The notes under the pieces are model-generated. The model worked only from the letters and a program-made list of their open reading frames with translations, did not search any database and had not been told where the DNA came from. Source: the human T2T-CHM13v2.0 reference genome, Homo sapiens. Taken from it: 64,000 nt of DNA. The position numbers and the translations under genes were made by a program. Below, one piece after another: positions 1 to 11,870 of the stretch; positions within the stretch are counted from its first letter, which is position 1; every line of letters starts with the position of its first letter. The stretch is from assembly GCF_009914755.1 (NCBI RefSeq), contig NC_060925.1; one strand, given 5' to 3'.

Positions 1-44
1 TAATTGCATGTGAAATATTAATGTTAATTTGTTAATATTAATTC

Positions 45-320
45 AAGGTATAGACAGGACTGAGTTCCTTTCTGGAGGTTCTGTGGGAGGATTCCTCTCC
101 TTGTTCATTCAGGTGGTTAGCAGAATCCAGTTGTTTTTCCTAATAGGACTAGGATCCCCTTTTTTGTCTGGCTTTCTGAGGGCTTTTACTGGCTTCTAAA
201 GGCCACCTGCAATTCTTGGCTCATAGTCCAGTTCCTTTAGTGGAGCCAGTAGCTAAGTACTTCTCATACTTCCAATTGCTCTTTCTTCTTTTCTCTCATC
301 TCTCTGATCCACTCTCCCTA
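45..320 (-). mobile_element. MLT1-family MaLR LTR fragment
   Basis: Contains ttcctttctggaggttct...ttcattcaggtggttagcagaatccagtt...cttctaaaggccacctgcaattcttggctc, which resembles the reverse complement of the MLT1 LTR consensus. Boundaries approximate. Confidence 0.65.
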
Positions 321-344
321 TCTGACCACTAGACATAAACCTGT

Positions 345-495
345 GCTCCCTCAGTAAAGATGTGTGATTCCCCCTTCACAGCACTTAATACACTGACTTG
401 TGTGTTCATTATTTGTAGCCACTATTGGACTGTGCCTAGCAAAGTGCCTAGCACATAGCTGGCACTTCGTAAATATTTGTGGAATAAATGGATGT
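345..495 (+). mobile_element. L2 3' end fragment
   Basis: gtgcctagcacatagctggcacttcgtaaatatttgtggaataaatggatg matches the typical L2 3' terminus. Confidence 0.6.
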
Positions 496-2837
496 CCAAG
501 GCATATCAAATACCATGTGGGTTATTAAGTATCAACTTTGGGAATTCTTATCCCATTACCTGGGCTGAAATATAACATCTAGAGAGCAAAAAAGGCAACA
601 GAACAAATATAAAACTACGTGGCATAGGCAAAAGTTCCTAAAATGGAGAGTTGTCACAAAACATATTGATGGATGTATATAGGTGTTTGTGTATGTATAC
701 TTTCCATGTTCCAAATGTAGTTCAGATGGCTTAGAGGGGCACATGAAAGACAATACAACATGTCATTTTAAAACATAAGAAAACAATTGAGAAATATAAA
801 AGAATAGGAGCATTTCATAATGCCAAAAAGTCTTAGTAGCTTTGAGATGTTTCATGGAGGGCATCAGAGTGGATTTGAGCGTTTAAGAAGCTCATTTAAA
901 TGTTGAGAATGAAAATCAGGAGAAAGAGGAGGGACTCAAAAAGCTAGGGTACTATTTTAAGAAAAGAGAATGGTATTAATGTGTTTGACATATGGACGGG
1001 GAAGTTTGAATTCCTTGTGGAGGTTTCTTTGGATAAAGGAGAATAAAATTATGAAAACAAAATTAGAAGAGGCTTTTTCAGATACCTGGGCAAGCAAAAA
1101 GACATGAAGTTTAAACCTGACTAGCTTCCAAGTTCACCTGCCTGTGCATGTGGTAAAGTGTCCCATCCAGATGAGAATCAGGATTTTTTGTAGGAATGAG
1201 GAAAAGTGAGGCTTGAGAGAAGAGGTGAAATGCAAAAAACTTTAAAATCCCAGAAAGTTTGTCTTTACATGTGCTGACAAGCTACTGGATGTTTTCCCAT
1301 AATGGCAAGAAATCTTCAAAAGATCCAGTTAGAGAGTGAGTTTAGTAAAGAATAGAGGCAAGAAAACCCATTGGACGGATATATGTGTAATTCATGAGGT
1401 AATAAACATTTTAACAGACTTCATGCAATGTGCCATATTGGCAATTGTGTTCTTTATGAAAATTACACCTTTTTCACTAGTGCTAAAGATGACAAAATAG
1501 AGCATTGCTTCTGATGAAAGAAATTACATGAAAGGAGGAAGATTATTTCTATTAAAAGTCATTTTTTTAAATGAGTCTTTCAGCACAATAATTAATGAAT
1601 TGGGGCTTTTTTAGTTCATAGTCTAATAATTATAAGTTTGACATAACAGTATTCGTTTGAGATTTTTGAAACAAAATATTAAAATTATTAAGACTTTTTC
1701 TTTTGTTTTGATTTTGATTGATATGTATGTGTTGAAAGATGTTGGACCCAAATCTCTTATCACATTCTCCTCTGTGCTTAGAACTGCCATAGACTTCACT
1801 GAGAGCTTCATACAGAAATAGAGTCCTTGAAGAGATCTTTAAACAGAAATTTAGGCATGCTATCCTGGTTCTTCAATTGGCAAATAAAGCTGAAATTCAA
1901 TTTTTTGGTATCTCAGGAAAATACTATGTTTTCTAACAGAATGTCAAGATATTTTCTTGAATAGATAAGATCAAGGTAAAAAATATGTGAGAAAAGGAGC
2001 TTTCTGATGATTCTTATAAGGTCTGGTAAAGCTTTCTTTCTAAAAAAAAAAAAAAATGTGCATTATTAGACGTATCTATTGTGTCCAAACTTTTGGGACA
2101 GAACTGAGAAAAGAGTGAAGTGTTAAAAAGGAAAACTGGAGAGATATCTTGTAAAATGCACACACCAAGAACAATCAGTACATGCTAAAACTATTGAAGA
2201 AAATGTTGCAGGGAACAGAATATTCACTTGTGAGTAGGCATTACCTTGACATTATTTGCTGGCTGCAGTGGGACAAATAGGTATTACGGACAATCTAGAT
2301 TGAAATTTTGTTTGAAAAAATCATGCAACCATTAACAAAAATATTTGGGAAGGGAGACACCTGGAGGAATTTTAATATGAATTAGTTACCAGGAATAAAA
2401 TATAATGATACACAGGTATCAAATTATAGTTTGGGTCACTTACTTGCCACTATGATGTATGTTGGAGGCGTGAGTGTGTGCCTGCTGTGTAAGTGTGTAA
2501 TAGGGAGAGGCAGGGACTGAGAGAATCTCTCTAATGGACTCCTTTAGGATCAAGTACATTAAGAGAGAGAGAGTAACAGACAAAAGAGAGATGGGATGTT
2601 GAGTATGTAAAATAATATATTTATATACCATTCCCTCAGTTATAGCCTCCATTTTCGGGAGTTTGTTCTACCATTTCTCCTATCACTCTGCTTCTCAACT
2701 TCCCTCTGGAGATGCCAGAAGAAAACTAAAAAATCTCTTATATGCAGAAGAATAATAAACTTTCAGATCATGACAATTTCATTTTTCACAACCAGAAAGG
2801 ATTTTCAAGTTATTTTCTTAAAAAGTAAAATAAAAGT

Positions 2838-2866
2838 AAAACAAAACAAAACAAAACAAAACAAAA
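2838..2866 (+). repeat. (AAAAC)n microsatellite
   Basis: Tandem aaaac units seen directly. Confidence 0.9.
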
Positions 2867-3044
2867 GACTGTGCCCTGAGTCTCCAAACTTATCAGCAAA
2901 AAAACAAGCAGAAAGCTTTGAAATTCGAGCCTTGAAAAAAATGGCTTCTTCTACCACCTTTGGGTGGTAGTACCAGTCTTTGGGTAGGAGGTGGGGAAGC
3001 ATAAAAATCATTTCTTCCTTTGTCTAATAAAAACCATAAGTGTT

Positions 3045-3311
3045 GGCCAGACACGGTGGCTCACGCCTATAATCCCAGCACTTTGGGAGGCCAAGGCAGG
3101 AGGATAGCTCTAGGCCAGGAGTTTGAGATCAGCTTGAGGAATATGACAAGACCCCATCTCTACAAAAAAATTACAAAATTAGCTGGGCATGGTGGCATGT
3201 GCTACCCAAGAGGCTGAAGCAGGAGGAAGACTTGAACCCAGGAGGTCAAGGTTGCAGTGCACTGTGATCACACCACTTCACTCCAACCTGGGTGACAGAG
3301 TAAGACCTTGT

Positions 3312-3340
<29 letters not shown>
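3045..3340 (+). mobile_element. Alu SINE, AluJ-type
   Basis: Dimeric Alu (ggccagacacggtggctcacgcctataatcccagcactttgggagg...) with an A-rich linker, the J-type ggaggtcaaggttgcagtg motif and a 25-nt poly(A) tail. Confidence 0.95.
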
Positions 3341-3344
<4 letters not shown>

Positions 3345-3477
3345 ATCCTAGCTGTTAAGGTTCCCTATCACCCAATATCTTTAGTGTTGTATACTGCTTA
3401 TTATCTGTGATCATAAATGTTGTATGCATTTCTAGTTTCTGAAAGTTACTGGCATGCTAAGATGTTAGATAAATAGA

Positions 3478-3885
3478 CTTTCTTTTTAAAATGTTTACAA
3501 ATATATTTGGGGGGTATGAGTGCAGATTTCTTTCATGCATATATTGCATCCTGTTGAAGTCTGGCCTTTTAGTGTGCCCATCACCCAAGAAATGAACATT
3601 GTACCAAATAGGTAATTTTTCAGGCTTCACCCCACTCTCACCCTCCCATGCTTTGCAGCCTCCAGTGTTTATGATTCTACTCTGTGTACCCACTGTTTAG
3701 CTCTCACTTATAAGTAAGAACACATGATATTTGACTTTCTGTTTCTGAATTATTTCACTAACAATAATAGCTTAGAATTCCATCCATCCATGTTGTTGTA
3801 AAAGACATGATTTCAATCCTTTTTATGGCTGAGTAGTATTCTGTGATTGAGATATATATATATATATATCTCACATTTTCTTTAC
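3478..3885 (-). mobile_element. L1 3' end (L1PB or old L1PA type), 5'-truncated
   Basis: gggggtatgagtgcagatttctttcatgcatatattgc...tttagctctcacttataagtaagaac...ttttatggctgagtagtattc is the reverse-complement L1 3'UTR/ORF2 end. Confidence 0.88.
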
Positions 3886-4289
3886 AGATGAATAGGATTG
3901 CTTCTATATTAGTCTCTTGGCCTAACCCTCCTATCCTACATTTTTTTTGTATTTTGCTTCTCAAGTCCTGCAAGTTCTTTTTTAAATAAATACTAAGATC
4001 ATAGTATTTATGATCTTAGATCATAGCCAGGAGTGTTGCTGCTGGGTGATGAAGACAAAGACAACGAAGATGGAGGCTGTTTCTTTGTCACTGGGACATA
4101 GAACTGTTGTTCCTACTCTATGAGCCTCTGCTGAACTGGGAGTTCTGGGCCACTGTGTCCCTCCATGGCCATGGCATATCTGGGAACATTCTCTCCACAT
4201 TTTAGGCCATACATTTTTTAAGTGTTTCTATTGCAGATTATTTTGCCGTATATGACAAAATAGTCTGCTTATTAATTTGTCAATAGAAA

Positions 4290-4480
4290 GTTCATTACAT
4301 GGTGAAAATCTGCATTTCATTCTACCTCACAACATTCCTCCCAGCTGTCATTAGCACTATGTATTGCATAGGTGAGAAGCCCAGGACTGAAGAAGAGAAA
4401 TGACGGACTCAAAGATCACTGGTGAGAGAGCTGGGCACAAGGTCTGGGCTTCCTGCCTCTGGCTTTTGTTGTAGCATGAT
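4290..4480 (-). mobile_element. MIR SINE fragment
   Basis: Degenerate MIR core: ggtgagaagcccaggactgaagaagagaaatgacggactcaaagatcact. Confidence 0.5.
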
Positions 4481-5328
4481 GTTATAGCATGATGTGAAAT
4501 TTTATTTGAAGTGTTATCTTTGTGCTTACACATGTCTCCTTCTACTGTCTTCTCCAGCCCTAACCTCAAGTGGGGTCACTCAAACCCATTTACTACATCA
4601 GATAAAAAGCGCAGGGGCAAGACATTCTTCTCTGTTTCCTGACCACCCTGACTACTGCAAAACTCTACTGTTCATGAGAGCTCTTGAGAGTTCATGAGAA
4701 TCTGCTCTCTGACCCCTAGGGAAAAGAATCAGGGTCAATATTTTAACTAAAAATTCTTGCCATTCTTCTTTATTCTACATGAAAGGTCACTTCTAATGAA
4801 ATGTGGATATAAGAGAAGTTACATTTTCAAGGTGGTAAAATAGAATTGAGCTGCAGAGAGAAATATGACACCATTAACACTAGTAGTGTAAAGTATTTAT
4901 TCTTTTTCTACAATCTTAACCTACCTTAACTCTAAAGGCCCTCACTTCCATGTCATTGTACCACTTTTGTTCATCTCATGCCAGAGATCAGTGTTATTAA
5001 ACTCGCTATGAAATGTAAAATCTAGAATTTCTGTAATTGGATTCAAATGATAAGACTATCCCCTCTAGTGCTTCATTTGACCTTTCCACTATCTCTGGCC
5101 TTTAATGAATCAAAATCAGCAAGTATTTTTGAGCTCCAGTGAAGTTCTCAGACTGTGTTAGGGTACACAAAAGAAGCATAAGACTGTGACTGCCCTTAAG
5201 AAAATTATAACCTGAGTTGGAAGATAAGAAAAATTTTTGAAAAAGATCAGATAGCAGGATATGCAGTAACCCAGGTATAAGACAGTAAACACTGCAAGTG
5301 CCTAAAGATAGTGAGGAAATGTGTATAA

Positions 5329-6305
5329 CAGAGAGCAGAGTGAACAGGCAACCTACAGAATGGAAGAAATTTTTTGCAATCTATCTATCTGACAAAGGGC
5401 TAATATCCAGAATCTATAAGGAACTTAAACAAATTTACAAGAAAAAAACAACCCCATCAAAAAGTGGGTGAAGGATATGAACAGACACTTCTCAAAAGAA
5501 GACATTTATGTAGCCAACAAACATGAAAAAAAGCTAATCATCACTGGTCATTAGAGAAATGAAAATCAAAACCACAATGAGATACCATCTCACGCCAGTT
5601 AGAATGGTGATCATTAAAAAGTCAGGAAACAACAGATGCTGGCAAGGCAATGGAGAAATAGGAACGCTTGTACACTGTTGGTGGGAGTGTAAATTAGTTC
5701 AACCATTGTGGAAGACAGTGTGGTGATTCCTCAAGGATCTAGATCCAGAAATACCATTTGACCCAGCAATCCCATTACTGGCTATATATACCCAAAGGAT
5801 TATAAATCATTCTACTATAAAGACACATGCACATGCACACATATGTTTATTGCAGCACTATTCACAGTAGCAAAGAACCAACCCAAATGCCCATTAATGA
5901 TAGACTAGATAACGAAAATGTGGCACATATACACCACAGAATACTATGCAGACATAAAAAAGGATGAGTTCATGTCCTTTGCAGGGACGTGGATGAAGCT
6001 GGAAACCATCATTCTCAGCAAACTAACACAGGAACAGAAAACCAAACACTGCATGTTCTCACTCATAAGTGGGAGTTGAACAATGAGAACGTATGGACAC
6101 AGGGAAGGGAACATCACGCATTGGGGCCTGTTGGTATGTGGGGGGCTAGGGGAGGGATAGCATTAGGAGAAATACCTAATGTAGATGATGGGTTGATAGA
6201 TGCAGCAAACGACCATGGCATGTGTATACCTATGTAACAAACCTGCACGTTCTGCACATGTATCCCAGAATTTAAAGTGTAATTTTAAAAATCATAAAAA
6301 AAGAG
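5329..6305 (+). mobile_element. L1PA (about PA7/PA8) 3' ~1 kb: end of ORF2 plus 3'UTR, 5'-truncated
   Basis: agagtgaacaggcaacctacagaatgg, accacaatgagataccatctcacgccagttagaatgg, gctggaaaccatcattctcagcaaactaacacagg, gggagggatagcattaggagaaatacctaatg and an A-rich tail. ORF 5989..6237 is an alternative frame of this L1. Confidence 0.96.
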
Positions 6306-7516
6306 AAATATTGAAGGAAATATGGCAATGATCAGAGATTGAGGATATGGTGATGAAGGAAAAGGAAGAATGAATTGTTTATAAAGTTTCTGACCTGAGA
6401 GACTGGAATTTTAGTGGCACTGGGAGAGGAATATCAACAAAAAGGGGTGGGGTCAAGTTCTATATTTGAGAGCTTGCAGGCTGTAAAAAGGATTATTGTG
6501 TGTTCCCAGTTATCCCAATGTCTAGATTTTCTTTAGATTTATGTGGCCTTCATAGAAGATAGTCCTCAGAAAATTGCTATTGGCTCAAGTGCTCTAACCA
6601 GTGTATTCTTAACAAGAAGTATGAGAAGGAGCAGGGTAAGCAAATACAGATTTTTGTCTCTGACTTTCTTTGTTAATGGCCTTCTAATTTGATGGCAGCA
6701 CTGACTAAAATTGTTAATAGCTTTGAAATAAGAAACTTTTCCCATTTGTTAGAGAAGAAGATTGATGGACATAATGATTCCTATCCATCTGGACAAAAAA
6801 GGGAAAAGGCTACATTTAAAATGTCTATAGAGGAACTAAACATATAGTTCTAGAAACCAGCATTTGAGCATTCAAAAGACATAGCACAATTCTATACATG
6901 TCCTTCAAAATTTTTGTAAGTTCTCAGATATATGTTGGTAGCATACTTCAAAAAAATGTAGACCACTCTTAGTCAATGAACAAAAGTTTCACTGATGAAC
7001 TGAAGAGATAAGGTCTTATGCTTGTAGTAATAATACAGGACTTTGTACTTCTGATAATCCTTTCATCTGAGAAGCTCAAGGCACATTAAAGGAAAAATAG
7101 AAACAGGAGAAGTGGGAGCAATAATAGCACAGTTAAAGCAAGGGTAGAAATATTCTGTATAGATCAAGGTCAAGAATTTCCAAAATGGTTCAGTCACGTA
7201 ACTGCATCGTTCCTGATCTCATACACAAATGTAGCAGCCCCTGCAGATTTGCAGCAGAAAACAGCATAGAAATTGAAACTACAAAAATAATTCCCCAAAG
7301 AATTTCAGTCTCGCTACAACTCTTTAAGGCAGAATTTTATAAAATCTTTTGAACCTTAGTATAATATCTTGTCTATTCACGAGTGAACTTTTAGATATTG
7401 CTGTCCAAAAAGTAACAAGAAAGAAATCTACGTTGAATTAACATGATTTAGCACCATATTCTCCATGAGGACGACTACATAGAAAAACAGACAGAATTTA
7501 GCCACAAAGGATAGAG

Positions 7517-7733
7517 GTGATTTCCCAAAGTGTCCTATGAGTCTCTGTGAAAGTGACAATAATTGCACTTAGTGAAATACTTAGAAAAGACTGTCCACAC
7601 TTACCCCTTGTGGAAATTCAATATATATATTCAAACCGTTATATGTCCTCCCCCGTCCTCTTTCCTCCCAACAAACACTTAGTAATGTTTTTTGGGACAC
7701 CTGTGGTTTTCAGAACACAGTTTGGGAAAAGTG
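7517..7733. mobile_element. hAT-Charlie-type MITE (MER112/113-like), degenerate
   Basis: Terminal inverted motifs tttcccaaa ... tttgggaaa about 200 bp apart, with gaacacagtttgggaaa typical of Charlie MITE ends. Subfamily uncertain. Confidence 0.5.
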
Positions 7734-8605
7734 ACACACTGGGAGTAAAATTCCTCCAGACATTAAAAGATCTGGTTCCGAGGTCACCTGCTAGATATAT
7801 GACCATAGATAAACCATTTTGGTTTTCTAAGCCTCAGTTTATTTGCCAATAAAGTGAGGATTTTGTAGTAGACAACATAATCTGTAGTTCTTTTTGGCAA
7901 CAAAATTCTGTGATTCTGTTTGAAGCATTCATTTCGAGCTTAACATCTGTAAATACACCATGTGGGCCTTATGCTAAATTCACAATAATTTATAGAAAAC
8001 TTAAATTCATAAGAAAAAAAGTATTAGTATAATGACCTAGACTTCCTATACACCCTTGTTCAGGTAAAATTTCTTTCTTTTACAAGGGCAGATGTAATCG
8101 GTTGCTTTGATTCCTCATGAGTACCTTATTAAATATAGTGTCTAAAACAATAACATGATATAAAAGTTTGGTGACGTGTAATCTCTACATGACAGCATTT
8201 TTCCTGGAACACCAATATGTTCAACCCAAAGAGCATCTCCAGCAGTTAGCTCTCTCTATTTAATTTCTAGGTGGCAGCAGTGAAGCTGCTGTCTCATTCA
8301 TCAGAGTGTTGAGAGCACATGGCATTTGTCTTTCCTGGAAAAGCTGCTGTGGAATATGGTAATGCTCAGAGGCCCTGAGTGCCTGCCTTACCGCTTCAGC
8401 TCCTTCTTCTGCCCAGTCATCCAGGGTGAGAGAACGTGCTCAGCGTTGTAAAATCAAGGAGAAAATCAACTCAAATGATCTTTTGGAACCACTGAAATAG
8501 AAAGCCAAAATAGAAACTTCCAAAGATTTTTCTTGGGATGTTTCACTGACCCATTAAAAAAATACCCATATGTTTCTGCTCTATCTAGATTGCATGTAGT
8601 CTACT

Positions 8606-8730
8606 AGAGTGGCTTCTAAACCTGGCTGCACCTTGAATCACATGATAACCTTTAAAATTAAATTCTAGGTTGCTGTACTCCAGCAGGAACTATAGAACCA
8701 TTATGTTGTAGGGTGAGACCCAAGAATTTA
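8606..8730. mobile_element. MER5-type hAT MITE fragment
   Basis: agtggcttctaaacctggctgcaccttgaatcac...tttaaaa resembles the MER5A/B terminus. Confidence 0.6.
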
Positions 8731-10842
8731 GTTCGTGGAGCTTATCCAGTCTGTCTGGCACCAGCGTGCTGACTACAGCATGGGAGAAAAATGGAGCATC
8801 TTTTCTTGCAGGAGGTGACCCCCTTAGAAATAGCTATATTCCTACTCAGTTTGGAGAAGTATGCAAATTCTGTGTGTCATTTAAGACAGCTGCTGCCAAT
8901 TCGTGGTCAGCTATGGACATTGTGGCCTGTTTAATTAGCTAGTTGTCATCATGGATGATCAATGATATTTTCTTTTAATTTAAGCATTTTTGGCCATTTG
9001 TATAATATCATTTGCAGCCACAGTTTACTCACTTGTTAGAGAAAATGCTGTATTTTGCAAAAGGAAAGCTAACATACTTACATGTAAGAGTACAGACTAA
9101 AAGTAAATGACATGGGTATAAAAAGGCAAGAAAGGAAAAGATTAAAGTCTCTTTGACATGGATGGTTTATGTGCTCTTGGATAACTGACTTGTACTTCTC
9201 TGATCCTCAGTATCTTTATCAGTAAAGGGACAGACAGGAAGAAAGTGTGAGAGAGGATTGTAGTTGCTGCTTCAAAAGGGAGGGAACAGCAAATATTTAT
9301 TGAGTGCATATAATAGTATAACAGACCCATTGTTTGGTGTCTTTACAGGTATCAACTCATAATCGTTACAAGGGCACCAAAATGTTTTTTAATACTCTCA
9401 TTAATACCGATGAGTAAAGGGCTAATTAAGAGTTCTAGGGTTAGCAGATGGGACAGACATATTTATACCTTCTCTCCTGAAATCCTACTAATATTATAGT
9501 GAAGTGAGTTTTTAAAAGTAAAAAGAGGAAGAAATAGACAACTCCAAAATTTAGAAGCTAGAAGCAAACAGGTGAATGGTAATTGACTTAACATATTCCA
9601 GAAAGTTGCATCATAAAACAACAGTGACAAATTCTAACAAGCAAAACTACATGTACCACAGAACCCATAAAAGGTACTAAAACGGGATACTACAGGTATT
9701 TCTGGAAGACTGTTTAAGGTTGGTGCTAAAAAAGAATTATAAGTTGAAAGTCATATATGAAGTAGTCACTCTTATCAATCCTATTATTGTGTGTAGTTAG
9801 GCAACTCTTCCTCCTCAACCTGGGAGAAGACTGGAAATTTCTTCTCTGAAGACAGTATAAGAAACGGACTGTGGGCAAGAAGTTTAGTTGAGAGTAAAAA
9901 TCCTGTACTGAAAGTACAGATATTAAATGGAAGATTACATATGGAAAGTTAAGGTTTTCTCAAGTATTTTTACCACTTGTCCCCAAGAATACAGGTAACC
10001 AGCCTCCTACCCTCCAACTGGAAGTTTGGAAGAATCTTCTCCATGGAATTTGACTATCCTGAAAGAAAAAGACCTAAAGATAATGACATAGGGGTTCTCT
10101 ATCCTAATTGCCCATCCAGACCACCCTATAATGAAATTGACAGTGGAGAATTGCTACCATGGGTTTAGAGCTTCCAATCAGCTGTTAATTGCCCTCTTTT
10201 CATTATGAGCAGGCTGCCAGAATCACCAGGCAATGAAGGAAATCCTTTATGATTAAAGTCAAAGACAAAAATCATACAAAAGGAAGAAAAATGCTTTGGA
10301 GCAAATTGAAACTACAAGAAAAATTTTTTAAAAAACATAGAGAGATATAAGAAGATATTGACTTTATGAAATAAAGACATGGTGCTGTTATAGTTTAATA
10401 TTTAAAGAACAAAAAGTACCACGTGGAAATTAAAAACATGATAGTGGAAATTTTAAAAAATCATTTGGAAGGTAAGCTATGGAAATCTCCCCTCAAAAAA
10501 GCAAAAGGAACATGAGATGTATGTCAGAAGGGATAGATAAAAAAAATTAAAGGACCAGTTCAGAAAGAGAAAATAGAGCAAGGGGCAGATAATTATCAAA
10601 GAAATAAAGACTGTATTCCAGAGCTGAAGGACATGAATTAAGATTGAGACACTCTGCTGTGTGCCAAGCACAATGAGTAACATAAGATCCACGCTATAAT
10701 AATCATCATGAAACTTGAAAACAGTGGGAAAAAAAAGAATACGTGACAATTTCCAACAAACAAGATTTCATAAAATGATTAAAAAATAAGAATGACATTG
10801 GACTCTTGAACAATATCAATCAGTCAACGGACTCTTAAAGTT

Positions 10843-11279
10843 TTTTTTTTTAATTTTTAAAGTTCCAACTTTTAAGTTTAGGGGTACATGTGCAGGATGT
10901 GCAGGTTTGTTACGTAGGTAAATGTGTGCCGTGGTGGTTTGCTGAACAGATCTTCCCATCACCCAGTTATTAAGCCCAGCATCCAATAGCTATTCTTCCT
11001 GATGCTCTCCCTCTGCCCACCCTCTGACAGGCCCCAGTTAGTGTTGTTCCCTCCCATGTGTCCATGTGTTTTCATCATTCAGCTCCCACTTATACTTGAG
11101 AATATGCTGTATTTGGTTTTCTGTTCCTGCATTAGTTTGCTAAAGATAATGGCCTCCAGCTGCATCCATGTCCCTGCAAAGGATATGATCTACTACCTTT
11201 TTATAGCTGCATTGTGTTCCAGAGTGTATATGTACCACATTTTCTTTATCCGGTCTATCACTGATGGGCATTTAGGTTG
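10843..11279 (-). mobile_element. L1PA (about PA8-PA11) 3' end with target-site duplication
   Basis: Poly(T) followed by ggggtacatgtgcaggatgtgcaggtttgttacgtaggtaa...cagctcccacttat. Flanked by ggactcttaaagtt (10829-10842) and ggaatcttaaagtt (11280-11293). Confidence 0.95.
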
Positions 11280-11585
11280 GGAATCTTAAAGTTATTAGAT
11301 AAATGCTTTCAAAATTTTGAGGAAGCATAAGTTCTAAACAAGAAGTCTATGTTAAATATGTATATGTATATAATAAATTAAAATAAGCTGTTAATAAAAA
11401 TATTTACCTTACAAATATGCCTTCTTAAAAGCTACTAAAATATATATTCCAGCAAAATGAGTGAATAAAAAAGAAAGAGGAAATCAAGGGGTCTAATGAA
11501 CATTGGATTTAACTGAAGAGATAAGTAAAGAGAATTCCCCAAGATTATGAGAAGACAGTCTATGGTGACAGCTGTTCTCTACATT

Positions 11586-11835
11586 CAGCACTTTGGGAGG
11601 CTGAGGCGGGCAGATCACCTGAGGTAAGGAGTTCGAGACCAGCCTGGCCAACATGGTGAAACCCGTTTCTAATAATACCAAAAATTTGCCTGGGCATAGT
11701 GCTGGGCGCCTGCAATCCCAGCTACTGTGGAGACTGAGACAGGAGAATTGCTTTAACCAGGGAGGCCGAGGTTACAGTGAGCCAAGATTGCGCCATTGTA
11801 CTCCAGCCTGGGTAACAAGAGTGAAACCCTGTCTC

Positions 11836-11870
<35 letters not shown>
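11586..11870 (+). mobile_element. Alu (AluSq/Sp-like), 5'-truncated, with (CA)n tail
   Basis: cagcactttgggaggctgaggcgggcagatcacctgagg...ctgggtaacaagagtgaaaccctgtctc followed by an (AC)n run at 11837-11869. Confidence 0.93.
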
